Program-made: the position numbers and the translations under genes
Source: Eledone cirrhosa
Lineage: Eukaryota
Assembly (NCBI GenBank): GCA_964016885.1
Contig: OZ024744.1
Location: 84,568,001 to 84,632,000, forward strand
Direction: 5' to 3'
DNA length: 64,000 nucleotides
Notes under the pieces: generated by a model
Databases searched by the model: none
Seen by the model: only the letters and a program-made list of their open reading frames with translations
Told to the model about the DNA's origin: nothing
Part shown: piece after piece, positions 1 to 12,432 of the stretch
Position numbering within the stretch: the first letter of the stretch is position 1
Layout: each line of letters starts with the position of its first letter

Positions 1-4
1 TCGT

Positions 5-67
<63 letters not shown>

Positions 68-72
<5 letters not shown>

Positions 73-207
73 GTGGTTACACAACCGGTTGTTCACCATA
101 CTGAGAACAATTGTTTCACCTTCCTGTTGTGTAACCACTTCTACCTAACTCGTCCCATGGACTGAGTGCTCTACCACTACGGATATTACCTTCCAGTGTT
201 CTACCAC
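68..207 (+). mobile_element. Short (TA)n-flanked fold-back element (PLE pLTR-like remnant)
   Basis: agaagtggttacacaac (~69-85) is inverted at gttgtgtaaccacttct (~126-143). A unique tail with ctgagtgct (162-170) follows, and both sides are (TA)n. Confidence 0.55.
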
Positions 208-596
<389 letters not shown>

Positions 597-1158
597 TTAA
601 GATAAGCAGAACAAGTAAAATTCAACCAATTTTTCAAAGTAAATTAAAAAATATAATATAAATATTTACCTCTTCTAATGGCCCTTACTGATCAGTTTCG
701 CTTTGTAAAACCCCAGAAATCCGATGGATATCTGATGGAAAACCAAAGCTCATCAGAGAAGCATTTTCCTTTCCTAGGGCTAAACGACCCAGGAACGATA
801 AAATATATGACCTCCTGCCAGCTAATACAGGTCTGAAAGGTCGTAAAAGTGACCCGTATGTAAACCGGACCGAAGTAAAAGCGGGAAACCACAGACTTGC
901 TGTCTATAATTACTACTAAAAAAATCGGATTTCTGGGGTTTTACAAAGCGAAACTGATCAGTAAGGGCCATTAGAAGAGGTAAATATTTATATTGTATTT
1001 TTTTTATTTATTTTGAAAAATTGGTTGAACTTTACTTGTTCTGCTTATCTTAATATTAAAGTTCTGGTATATCAAATTAATACCATTGAACAACCTTGAA
1101 TCATAGACAACCTATGTATTTCTAAGGGTACCTAGTATCCTTGGACATATTAACTTCA

Positions 1159-1160
<2 letters not shown>
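597..1160. mobile_element. (TA)n-flanked inverted-repeat element carrying an HHR (PLE pLTR-like)
   Basis: About 130-bp arms at ~597-725 and ~924-1052 are reverse complements, with a ~200-bp spacer, a ~110-bp tail and (TA)n on both sides. Confidence 0.75.
681..762 (-). ncRNA. Type I hammerhead ribozyme motif
   Basis: The minus strand reads ttct-CTGATGA-GCTTTG...CAAAGC-GAAAC-TGATCA-GTA-aggg. It has a perfect 6-bp stem II base, a palindromic stem III and a GUA cleavage triplet. Confidence 0.8.
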
Positions 1161-1201
<41 letters not shown>

Positions 1202-1664
1202 GGCGTAGATATACAATACAACAGGAGGAACATAATAGTACCACTACTGATGTTGCAGATGTGCAACGAAAGAACTTTGTTAGACTATATATATGTGTTT
1301 ATATCTGTATTTTTGACCGTTGGTCAGTTAATGATAAACATTGAGGACCAAATGAGTTAACTGTGGAGATATAAACATTTTTTAAAAAGATACAGAAGCG
1401 AAAACCAACCAAACAGTGAGTGTATTCTGTTATTATTTCTGGCAATATTATTACAACAATATGACCCTGCCCAAGTATAACAATATACATAGTCTTTCTC
1501 CCTACCTCTTTCTTTTACTGTTTCTCGACTATGCGACTTCCACGGAAATGTAGGATTTGTGTCCTCGTTTAAACAATACTTGAATTGATGCAAAGTAAGG
1601 GGGGAAATTTAGGTTTTAAAGCAATATTTGTTGAAAGAGTAGCTGAATGAGAAATGTTTCCAAT

Positions 1665-1761
1665 AGGCGAAGGCTTTACTGTGTGGTTAAGTGGTTTGCT
1701 TCACAAACACATTGTTTCGAGTTCAACCCCCGCTACGTAGCACTTTAAGCATGTGTGTGTA

Positions 1762-1803
<42 letters not shown>

Positions 1804-2424
1804 TGTGTGTATGTGTGTGTATGTGTGTTGTGCACAGTGCCCTTGAGAGAGGGGGGGCCCAGTCGGTACTTCGTTCCGAGACTCAAGAACTAAGAAGCCC
1901 CCCTCCCCTCACAACTTTAAGCATGTGTGTGTACGTTTGTGTGTGTGTGTGTGTATGTGTGTGTATGTGTGTTGTGCACAGGGCCCTTGAGAGAGGGGGG
2001 GGCCAGTCGGTACTTCGTTCTGAGACTCAAGAACTAAGAAGCCCCCCTCCCCTCACACACACACACACACACTCACTCACAGCAACCGTGCAACATCCAT
2101 TTTGAGAGACGATTTTGCCTGCTTCGGACCCCAAAGGGATCTTGTACCGCCTGGCAAAATTTCTCTTGGAGGCCATGGTTGTGCTTGTATGAATGTGTAT
2201 GTGTGAGAGAGAGTCTGTTTGTGTGCGCGCGTGTGTGTGTGTGTATGTATCTGTGTGTCTGTGTGTGTTTACACGTACTGTTTATGTCCCGGAACTTAGC
2301 GGTTCGAGGAAAATAAATCTATAGAACAAGTCCCCAGATTTTAAACGAATAGTACATACGATCGACTAAATCCTTTCAAAAGGTTGTTCGAGCATGGCCA
2401 CAGTCTGAATTCATTTGTCTAAAA
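1665..2424 (+). mobile_element. Degenerate tRNA-derived SINE, interrupted
   Basis: A/B-box-like head ggcgaaggctttactgtgtggttaag...gagttcaacccc, then a (TG)n middle and a tail (aacttagcggttcg...agcatggccacagtc). Related pieces occur at ~46790-47850, ~39570-39700 and ~46030-46190. Confidence 0.55.
1741..2055 (+). repeat. Local tandem duplication (2 copies, ~170 bp period)
   Basis: actttaagcatgtgtgtgtacgtttg...gagactcaagaactaagaagccccc-tcccctcaca occurs twice (starting ~1742 and ~1914). Confidence 0.9.
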
Positions 2425-4765
2425 CAGTCATGGGCAACCTACGGCTCACGAAGCTTTCTGAATGGCTCGCCTAAGTCACCTGAGTGAAATCTTTCCGATT
2501 TTTTTACCCCAACTTTTCAGTCACAATTTTTCTTTCTATAATTTTTACGATCGAGGAAAACGTGTAAGAATTCTGAAAAAACAAATCTGAGTTACGGCCC
2601 TTTTTTTTTAAATGTGGCCCCGTGTAAGAATTCTGAAGAAACAAATCTGAGTTGCGGCCCTTTTTTTTATAAATGTGGCCCCGTATAAGAATTCTGAAGA
2701 AACAAATCTTAGTTACGGCCCTTTTTTTTAAATGTGGCCCCGTGTAAGAATTCTGAAGAAACAAATCTTAGTTACGGCCCTTTTTTTAAAATGTGGCCCC
2801 GTGTAAGAATTCTGAAGAAACAAATCTTAGTTACGGCCCTTTTTTTTTTAAATGTGGCCCCGTGTAAGAATTCTGAAGAAACAAATCTTAGTTACGGCCC
2901 TTTTTTTTAAATGTGGCCCCGTGTAAGAATTCTGAAGAAACAAATCTTAGTTACGGCCCTTTTTTTTAAATGTGGCCCCGTGTAAGAATTCTGAAGAAAC
3001 AAATCTTAGTTACGGCCCTTTTTTTTTTTAAATGTGGCCCCGTGTAAGAATTCTGAAGAAACAAATCTTAGTTACGGCCCTTTTTTTAAATGTGGCCCCG
3101 TGTAAGAATTCTGAAGAAACAAATCTTAGTTACGGCCCTTTTTTTTAAACGTGGCCCCGTGTAAGAATTCTGAAGAAACAAATCTGAGTTACGGCCCTTT
3201 TTTTTAAATGTGGCCCCGTGTAAGAATTCTGAAGAAACAAATCTTAGTTACGGCCCTTTTTTTAAAATGTGGCCCCGTGTAAGAATTCTGAAGAAACAAA
3301 TCTTAGTTACGGCCCTTTTTTTTAAATGTGGCCCCGTGTAAGAATTCTGAAGAAACAAATCTTAGTTACGGCCCTTTTTTTTAAATGTGGCCCCGTGTAA
3401 GAATTCTGAAGAAACAAATCTGAGTTACGGCCCTTTTTTTAAAATGTGGCCCCGTGTAAGAATTCTGAAGAAACAAATCTGAGTTACGGCCCTTTTTTTA
3501 AAATGTGGCCCCGTGTAAGAATTCTGAAGAAACAAATCTGAGTTACGGCCCTTTTTTTTTTAAATGTGGCCCCGTGTAAGAATTCTGAAGAAACAAATCT
3601 TAGTTACGGCCCTTTTTTTTAAATGTGGCCCCGTGTAAGAATTCTGAAGAAACAAATCTTAGTTACGTCCCTTTTTTTTTTAAATGTGGCTCCGTGTAAG
3701 AATTCTGAAGAAACAAATCTGAGTTACGGCCCTTTTTTTAAAATGTGGCCCCGTGTAAGAATTCTGAAGAAACAAATCTGAGTTACGGACCTTTTTTTAA
3801 AATGTGGCCCCGTGTAAGAATTCTGAAGAAACAAATCTTAGTAACAGCCCTTTGTTTTTAAATGTGGCCCCGTGTAAGAATTCTGAAGAAACAAATCTGA
3901 GTTACGGCCCTTTTTTTTAAATGTGGCCCCGTGTAAGAATTCTGAAGAAACAAATCTTAGTTACGGCCCTTTTTTTAAAATGTGGCCCCGTGTAAGAATT
4001 CTGAAGAAACAAATCTGAGTTACGGCCCTTTTTTTAAAATGTGGCCCCGTGTAAGAATTCTGAAGAAACAAATCTGAGTTACGGCCCTTTTTTTAAAATG
4101 TGGCCCCGTGTAAGAATTCTGAAGAAACAAATCTTAGTTACGGCCCTTTTTTTTTAAATGTGGCCCCGTGTAAGAATTCTGAAGAAACAAATCTGAGTTA
4201 CGGCCCTTTTTTTTAAATGTGGCCCCGTGTAAGAATTCTGAAGAAACAAATCTTAGTTACGGCCCTTTTTTTTAAATGTGGCTCCGTGTAAGAATTCTGA
4301 AGAAACAAATCTGAGTTACGGCCCTTTTTTTTAAATGTGGCCCCGTGTAAGAATTCTGAAGAAACAAATCTGAGTTATGGCCCTTTTTTTTTTAAATGTG
4401 GCCCCGTGTAAGAATTCTGAAGAAACAAATCTTAGTTACGGCCCTTTTTTTTTTAAATGTGACCCCGTGTAAGAATTCTGAAGAAACAAATCTTAGTTAC
4501 GGCCCTTTTTTTTTTAAATGTGACCCCGTGTAAGAATTCTGAAGAAACAAATCTTAGTTACGGCCCTTTTTTTAAAATGTGGCCCCGTGTAAGAATTCTG
4601 AAGAAACAAATCTGAGTTACGGTCCTTTTTTTTAAAATGTGACCCCGTGTAAGAATTCTGAAGAAACAAATCTGAGTTACGGCCCTTTTTTTAAAATGTG
4701 GCCCCCGCCTGATGATGAGCCATATCTCATGCGGCCCGCTTCGCGAAAACAGTTGCTCATGCCTG
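2425..4765 (+). mobile_element. hAT (Charlie-like) MITE expanded by an internal satellite
   Basis: TIRs CAGTCATGGGCAAC / GTTGCTCATGCCTG, with an 8-bp TSD gtctaaaa (2417-2424) / ctctaaaa (4766-4773). Homologous to the 289-bp copy at 43907-44195. Confidence 0.9.
2561..4705 (+). repeat. ~59-bp tandem satellite, ~36 copies
   Basis: Unit cgtgtaagaattctgaagaaacaaatct(t/g)agttacggccc(T7-10)aaatgtggccc, highly homogeneous. Confidence 0.97.
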
Positions 4766-4944
4766 CTCTAAAATGACAGCGTATTACAAGTAACAACCGG
4801 GTAGTTTTCCAGCTCTGTTGTGTGTGGGGTGAGGGGGGGGGGTTATTGCTAACCGGAAAGAACTAGTTCAGGAGATAATGGATAACCGAATAAGTTTAAT
4901 TTGAAGTTGAATTTTTAGAAAAAAAAAAAAAAATTGCCTTTCAT

Positions 4945-5628
4945 TTCTTCTCTCGCTCTTTCTCTCTCTCTCTCTCTCTTTTTCTCTCTCTCTCTCGTTT
5001 CACTCTCTCTTGTTTCTCTTTCTCTCTCGTTTCACTCTCTCTTGTTTCTCTTTCTCTCTCTTTTCTCTCTTTCTCTGTCTCTCTCTTTCTTTCTCTTTCT
5101 CTCTCTCTCTCTTTTCTCCCTCTCTCTCTCTCTTTCTCTCTCTCCCCCTCTCTCTCTCTTTTTCTCTCTCTTTTTTTTCTCTCCCTCTCCTCTCTGCCAC
5201 TCTCTTTCTCTTCCCTCGTTCTTTCTTTTCTCTTTCCATATTCTCTGTCTCTCTCGCTCTCACTTGTTCTCTCTCTCTCTCTTTCTTTTCCTCTGTCTCT
5301 CTCTCCCTCTCTCTTTCTCTCTCTCTCTCTCTTTTTTTTCCTCTGTCTCCCCCCCCACACACACACCCTCCTCTCTTTCTCTCTCTCTCTCTTTCTTCTT
5401 TTCTCTCTTCTTTTCTCCCCCCCCCCTTATCTCTCTGTTTCTCTCCCTCCCTCTCTCTCTCTCTCGATTTCGCGCTCTTTCTTTTTCTCTCTCTCTCTCT
5501 CTCTATCCTTCTATCTCTCTATCCCTCTTTCTCTCTCTTTTTTTCTCTCTCCTTTCTCTTTCTCTCGCTCTTTCTCTCCCTCTCATATCCTCTCTCTCTC
5601 ACTCTCTCACTCTCTCACTCTCTCTCTC
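4945..5628. repeat. Degenerate (CT)n polypyrimidine tract
   Basis: Almost exclusively C/T on the + strand. Confidence 0.95.
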
Positions 5629-5964
5629 TGTTAGAAAAAAATGTGGTGCTTAATTTTTTGAACTCATGCGATAATTTTGAAAGCCAAGTGTAATTTAGAA
5701 ATTCCATTGATCGCTTTGGGAGGTCAATAAAAATCTTTCTGATTGATATTGCCGATGGTGGCTAATTCAAAGTATTTGAAGTGTGGAACAATTTGGTATA
5801 TGGCGCCAATGTGTAGTAAATACATAGATCTTCATCTGCTTTATTCTACAAATTCATTCTTCGTAGAATGATTTTCTAGCGGTTTAGTTAAAATGTTGCA
5901 TTTTCTTTTCTTTTGTTTCTAGTGTTTTTTTTTTCTTTTATTTGTTTATTATTTGTTTATTATT

Positions 5965-6033
<69 letters not shown>

Positions 6034-6650
6034 CTTTTCTTTCTTTTTTAGAGGAAGGGAGGATATCAGGCTATTAAAATTAAAAGAAAAACAAACAACT
6101 GAATTAACTTCAAACAGTGAATTTATTCTACTAAGCCAAAATATATAGTATCACTATAAAAAGAATAGTAGTGGAGGGGGTAAAAAAAAGAAAGGTATAT
6201 CAAATGTTAAAATCTCAAGAAATTATTTAAGGACAAAATCTTGTTGTTGTTGTTGTTGTTTCTATTTCTTTTCTTTTTTTTTTACTCCATTTTGTAACTT
6301 ATTAATTTGTCATGAAGGTAACGATTGGAAATTAATAGCTATTAATGAGATGAAAAAGAGCAGGGAAGATAAAGAATTTACAAATTATTCATACTACATA
6401 TACGTAAGAATTTAACTAAAACACACGTTTACACAATACCAGTAAAAACATTTACACTGAAACTAGTAAAAAAAAAATTACAATTCATATTTGTATAGAA
6501 ACATTACAGGATCTAAATAAAGCTGCGAGAATGTGTATGTGCCCCCCCCCCCCACACACACACACACAAACACACACACTTATATATGTAAACATGTAAA
6601 CATATAAACTTGTCTTATTTAAGTGTTTCTAGATTAAAAATGATGAACCG

Positions 6651-6694
6651 TTTTGACCCGAGTTTCGTTTCTTATTAGAAGGATCATCAGAAGC
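6651..6694 (-). ncRNA. Decayed hammerhead motif
   Basis: Minus strand: gctt-CTGATGA-tccTTCTaataAGAAac-GAAAC-TCGG-GTC-aaaa. The core is intact and the stems are partly mismatched. Confidence 0.55.
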
Positions 6695-6942
6695 TATCTA
6701 TCGCTGTCACAACCCAGAACAAATACGTAACTAAACTAAAAGCTTTATAAACACTTCAAACCTAGTAGTAACAGAGAAATGACCATACTAATTTTTTATA
6801 TTATTAGTGCTTACGGTGGTAGATAATTTAATTATGGAATTGGCAAAATAGACAAACGTGCTTTTTAAGCTTATTTTACTGGTAAACCCTAAAGGGATTC
6901 AACTCTAGCTGGAGTCCCGGGAACTTATTTGACAACTAAATA

Positions 6943-7164
6943 ATGATTTATAGTATAGGCACAAGGCCAACAATTTTGGGAGAGGGGAAAGTCGATTAAA
7001 TCGACCCCAGTACGTTACTGGTACTTTATTTTATCGACCCCGTAAGGATGAAAAGCAAAGTTAACCTTGGCAGGCGGGATTTGAACTAAGACCGTAAAGG
7101 ACCGTAACTCTATGCTGCAAATATGGTGTCCGACTCTCTACCGATACTGCCTGTCTACCGCCCT
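6943..7164 (-). mobile_element. tRNA-derived SINE (gcctttcatccttacggggtcgataaaataaagtaccag core)
   Basis: Reverse copy of the family at 44509-44693, with B-box-like gttcaaatccc. Flanks acaactaaataat / acaactagataat resemble a TSD. Further minus-strand copies at ~9300-9460, 20108-20300 and 42860-43250. Confidence 0.85.
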
Positions 7165-7375
7165 AGTTTACAACTAGATAATAAATAGTGTTTTAGAACC
7201 CGGGTAGTGACTATTATCTTTAACCCAGGCCGTAATTTTCTGCTAAAATTCTTAATTTCGAAAATATTTGACTTTCTGCTAAAATTCTTAAGCCATGTAA
7301 CTCAGTAGATGTGTGTGTATGTAACTAAAGCGTAATGTACGTTAGGAATGAACGAAACACAAGCAGTATTATAAT

Positions 7376-8515
7376 AAGGTGATGAGTAAATGATTTTAAC
7401 TAATTTTTTTAACAATTGATGGTGGAAAAGATTTCAAATTGTCATCAGTCGGGCCGCAACTCATGGTGTCTGACACTCTTACCGGCTAAATAGCCTGAGA
7501 GTCTACTTTACCTCTTCATAGCCTCTTCCTTTAATTATATATTAAACTATGTACTAAGCAGCTGAAGTACACGTGTTTTAGGCAGTCGAGCGATGGGAAC
7601 AGAGTAACGAACCGACTTGAAGTTTCTGGTCCAGCTGAGGAAAGCTCCGCCAGAAGCAGAAGCAGTCGGAATACTGCAGCATGTGCACAGAGATGAGACG
7701 ATGTAGCATTCACTGGTTTTCGAGTGGCACAAAAGGTTCAAATAGTAATGCGAGGACGTGGGAGACGACATCAGGATCGAAAGATCTCCAACGTTGGGAG
7801 CATGAGGCAGGGGGTGCGTTGGGATCGTCGGCTGTCTGTTCAACTGACCACGAGAATGTTGGGCGTGAAGCGCGGCAGCATTTTGAAGATTATCACCGAA
7901 GATTTGGGCATGTGGAAGATCTGCACGAAGATGGTGCCGAAGATGCTGAATGATGTCAAGAAGGAATGGCGCCTGCTAGTGTGTCAGGATATCATCGAGT
8001 GTCTTGAAACTGAATCAGACTTGTTGAGGAGAATAATCATCGGTGATGAGTCCTGGATCTTCAAGTACAACACAGAGACCAAGCGCTAGAACCTTCAGGG
8101 GATGAGTCCAGAGTCGCTAAGGCCGTAGAAAGCAAGACAGTCGAGGTCCAAAGTCAAACTTGTGTTGATCGTGTTCTTCGATGCGAGGAGGAGCTTCGTC
8201 CACATGGAGTTCACGCTATAGGGCCAGATGGTCAACCAGTTTGTCTACGAAGAGATCCTCCGGCGTTTGCTTCCTTCAGTGCTCGAGAAAAGGCGAAAGT
8301 CGTGGTTGGACCCATTTTCCGGACGGTGAAGCCATCAAGAGGACTGTGACAACGGAGCTGCGGAAAATCCCGGAAGAATCTTTCCAGGAACACATGGAGG
8401 CGTGGCGGAGAAAGATTGGGAGGTGCGTGAGATTCGAGGGCAATATTTCGGTGAAAAAAAACTCGGAGTTCGTACTTTGAAGGATTTGAAATATTGTTTT
8501 TCATTTACGACCCCA
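7376..8515 (+). mobile_element. Degenerate mariner transposon (transposase pseudogene)
   Basis: ORF 7724-8089 encodes ...KICTKMVPKMLND...LRRIIIGDESWIFKYNTETKR, matching the mariner WVPxxL linker and first catalytic Asp (TGDEtW). It has stops, frameshifts and an internal deletion. Terminal similarity (gtaaatga / tcatttac) is weak. Confidence 0.85.
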
Positions 8516-8537
8516 GCCCATATATATATCACATATA

Positions 8538-8701
<164 letters not shown>

Positions 8702-8728
8702 ATGTATATATATATATATATATATATA

Positions 8729-8895
8729 TAACGAAGGAGTTGTGGTAAGGAACCAGATGGACCATAACGCACCAGAGTACTCAATACTTAGGGTAGTAGA
8801 ATGGGTAATAGGAAAAAGTATGACGGCTATTTCTGGACTATAATAGAAATAGCCGTCGAAACGGCTTGAGCTCTGCCGTCGGGGTCATATTTTTT

Positions 8896-8899
<4 letters not shown>
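8729..8899. mobile_element. (TA)n-flanked fold-back pLTR-like fragment with the 3' half of an HHR
   Basis: GACGGCTATTTCT/AGAAATAGCCGTC hairpin followed by GAAACGGC-ttgagctct-GCCGTC. The same family occurs at ~21563-21665, 33283-33403 and 39152-39295. No CUGANGA seen. Confidence 0.65.
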
Positions 8900-8974
<75 letters not shown>

Positions 8975-10394
8975 AGAAGTGTAAGTCAACAGGGCAAAAT
9001 TAGCTCGGTTTATACATATTCGGTGGTATATTTATTTCAGTGATAGCCATTATTCAACAGCTATAACCTCAGTAGGCAGTAAGAACTTGAACATAAAAAA
9101 AAACAGGGAAACATAATGTTGTAATAGGTTTTACCTTGTTAATCCATTGCTATGTTCAGATCTAGAGTGTGGTGTTAGTCTTCTAAGGAACTGAAAGCAT
9201 ACGCAAAATTATATATATATGATGCCTGAATCCAGTAAATTTCTTCTAGAGAAGGATAGAGAGAATGAGAGAATGGAATCGAGAAAAAGATATGGTGGAG
9301 GAATCGACTCCAGTACTTGAATGGTACTTTTTTTAATCGACCATTAAAGGATGAAAAGCAAAGTTGACCTTGTTGGGATTTGAACTCAGAGAGCAGAGAG
9401 TCGGAATGAATGCTACAAAGCATTCTATCCGACGTTCTAACGGCTCTACCAATTCGGCGCTCATTCCTCGGGAGTTACGGGATAAGAAAAAAATGAAAAT
9501 AGAATTTAATACTCACTTTAAAATATCAATTGTATTGAAGACATATTTTCAGACATCAATTTCACTGTAAACTAATACTTTTGCCTGAATGACCACTTGA
9601 ATATGATGAAGTATGTTGGCTGTAAGAGTCTGGAAATTTTCATCTGAAACTTCTTTATTCCAAACGTCCTAAAAAAACATCCTTGTAGGGTTTTGTTCTG
9701 GATGGTTGTTTATCTACAACTTTGTTATTCATATATTTGCATACATATCCAATGGGAATGAGTTCAGGTAATTGCAAGTATTTTGTAAAGAACAACTTGG
9801 ATGAAACAATACTTTGCAATAACCGAGAAATTTGAAATTTTTGTTAGGTTGTCTTAAACTTTCGACATGAATGTCCATAAATGCGTAGAGTGAAGGACCT
9901 CAAACTGAAATTATAGCATTCTTCTACGAGATGGAAACTCTGGAATGAAATCTGAAGTTTACGTAATTACCTGTCATCTTCTTTATGCCTGAGACCAGAT
10001 AATAATCAGTGAGACTTGAAGAGTGCTACTCATGTTGTATAAGAGTTGTCATTATAATCCGATGATACACAGACATCACTTTTACCTTCTTTTCTTCTGT
10101 TTTTTTTTTCACCTACTTTACCCCTATCTGTTTCTCTTTCTATCTAGGTATATGTGTCTATCTATCTATCTGGCCATATATATACTTATTTGTCTATTTA
10201 TCTGTCAATATACTTACATATCTGTCTATGGACAACCACAATAATCACAATAATATAGCCACCAAACGAAGGACTCGGATATTCAAGCATTAAAATGTTA
10301 TAATGATGGAATTTTTACTTTGAGCATCGTCATTTATGGCAGATACTATGCTAGTATGTATATATGTATGTATGTATGCATGTATATATATATA

Positions 10395-10426
<32 letters not shown>

Positions 10427-10634
10427 GAAAAAGAGATGAAATCGAAAATGCAACTGGAGTCTTATTTTTTTTTTAAATATATATATTTATTTGGTTCCTT
10501 TACTGGTTTCGCAGTTCTTTTTCTTTATACTTTCACTCGTGTAGGACACCTCGGTTATTTTTCATTTTGTAAAAAAAACCTCACTTTCTAATATATATAT
10601 ATATATTTATACACATGCATACATACATACAGAT

Positions 10635-10665
<31 letters not shown>

Positions 10666-10815
10666 CACCCCACCTAAGTAATGTCAGGGTCTCCTTAAAT
10701 AGTTTATTGATAGCATTGTTGTAATAATTGTTGTTGTTATTGTTCTAATTGAATGCCATAACTACTCCATATTTTCTTTTATTTTCTTGCCTGTGTATTT
10801 TCTTCATTCTCGCAT

Positions 10816-10921
10816 GCTCCGAAGATCTGACTGGTTATAATTCTGTATTGGCGATCGAGTGACGCAAAATTAGGCGGATAGCGATCTCTAGACATACCAG
10901 CTCAGTGAAACAAATGTAAGC
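10816..10921 (+). ncRNA. Hammerhead-like motif with long stem II (core variant CCGAAGA)
   Basis: GCT-CCGAAGA-tCTGA-CTGGT...ACCAG-c-TCAG-t-GAAAC-aaat-GTA-AGC. Stem I is GCT/AGC, and there is one core substitution. Confidence 0.55.
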
Positions 10922-11146
10922 TATGTGATTAAAAACTTTTTTGTATAGCAAACCATGTAAACCTTCTTTTCTGATTTATTATTACTCCAAGTGTTTACAA
11001 CATAGGAATTACAGCATACCCGCAGCATCACTATGAAAACGCCTTGTTGAGTCAAACCAAGCCAAGCGTTAATATCATCCACTACCTGGAATACCATAAC
11101 TGGACTTCACCTAAGTGGACTGCATTTAACTATTATTTGTTAATCC

Positions 11147-11178
<32 letters not shown>

Positions 11179-11185
<7 letters not shown>

Positions 11186-11525
11186 TGTAATAAACAACAT
11201 AAGGTAATTATTCCATTTACCAGTGGTTTCTTAAAAGCAAAAGATTTTGCTTTCAATCCTCAGATGAAAAAATCCTGGTCAGTTTATTGAATTTGGATTT
11301 TAAAAAACAAAAATGCAATCTATTGTTTTTTTAAATTCAAATTCAATAAACAGACCAGGATTTTTTCATTCTGAGGATTGAAAGCAAAATCTGTTGCTTT
11401 TAAGAAACCACTGGTAAATGGAATAATTGCCTTATGTTGTTTATTACATAACTATTAAGCTCTGTTACCTACATAGAGCACTCTTTTTTGATGGACTTTT
11501 CCGACGGAATTACTTCATTTACACA
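11179..11525. mobile_element. (TA)n-flanked palindromic element with two mirror-image HHRs
   Basis: Arms ~11179-11310 and ~11322-11455 are reverse complements, with a tail to ~11525. Same family as 23874-26775. Confidence 0.85.
11367..11420 (+). ncRNA. Type I hammerhead ribozyme motif
   Basis: CATT-CTGAGGA-TTGAAAGCAA-aatctg-TTGCTTTTAA-GAAA-CCACTGG-TA-AATG: 4-bp stem I, 10-bp stem II, minimal stem III, GUA triplet. Mirror copy on the minus strand at ~11214-11266. Confidence 0.88.
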
Positions 11526-12128
11526 CATATATATATATATATATTACTAGATGCAGTCATTCGTCATATTGATGCCAGTATTCTCTTAATTTGGGTGGGT
11601 CGGAGGTGGAGTCGGACATAAAGTAAGTTAACCATGATATAAAGGGGAATAACTGAGCTGGAACAAAACAACACAAATATTTGTTCGACATACCGATTGT
11701 ATTCACTTCAGGCGTTTATACACAATCAACAACAACGACGGAGACAAATAAATTATGTGAACTTTAGAAATCTATAAAAATACTTTCTAAAAAAAAGTGA
11801 AACGACAAATCCACCATTACTTTATATGTATGCACACACAGGTGCATGCATGCGCATAAGCACATACATGCACATACATGCACATGTAAATATACAAACG
11901 TGTACATATACACACATGCACATATACACGTGTGTGCATACGTACGCATGCACACTTGTACATATGCATACATTTACATATGCATACCTATACACATGCA
12001 TACACTTACATATGATGCATGTACATATACAGACGCGTGCACGTGTATGCATGCAAACAAGCACATGTACACAAATGCACATATGCATATATTTACATGG
12101 GCATACGTTTACATATGCATACATTCGA

Positions 12129-12400
12129 CCGCCATCACCGCCATTCTACCGCCATCACCGTTACTACCATCACCGCCACCATCGCTGCCCCCACTACCAC
12201 TGCCACCAGCACTACCACCACTACCACCATCACCAACATAGGTCTACCCCCCCACCCACCCACCTCTCTACCACTGCCACCACCACCTCTACCACCATCA
12301 CCAAATCCACCATCAACACCACCACCTCCACTACCGCCACCGCCAACACAGCCACCAACACTACCGCCAACACTAGCACTTCCACCAATATCCATCTACT

Positions 12401-12432
<32 letters not shown>

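Noticed and set aside
2589-2603. gagttacggcccttt shared between the satellite unit and the SINE head (e.g. 44561)
   Set aside because: The match is only ~15 bp, and the unexpanded MITE has gagttaccgccctt, so chance similarity is sufficient.
2561-4705. CRISPR-like or ribozyme-like reading of the 59-bp array (contains CTGAAGA and GAAAC)
   Set aside because: Units are contiguous with no unique spacers and the context is eukaryotic. CTGAAGA and GAAAC overlap, with no stems I-III.
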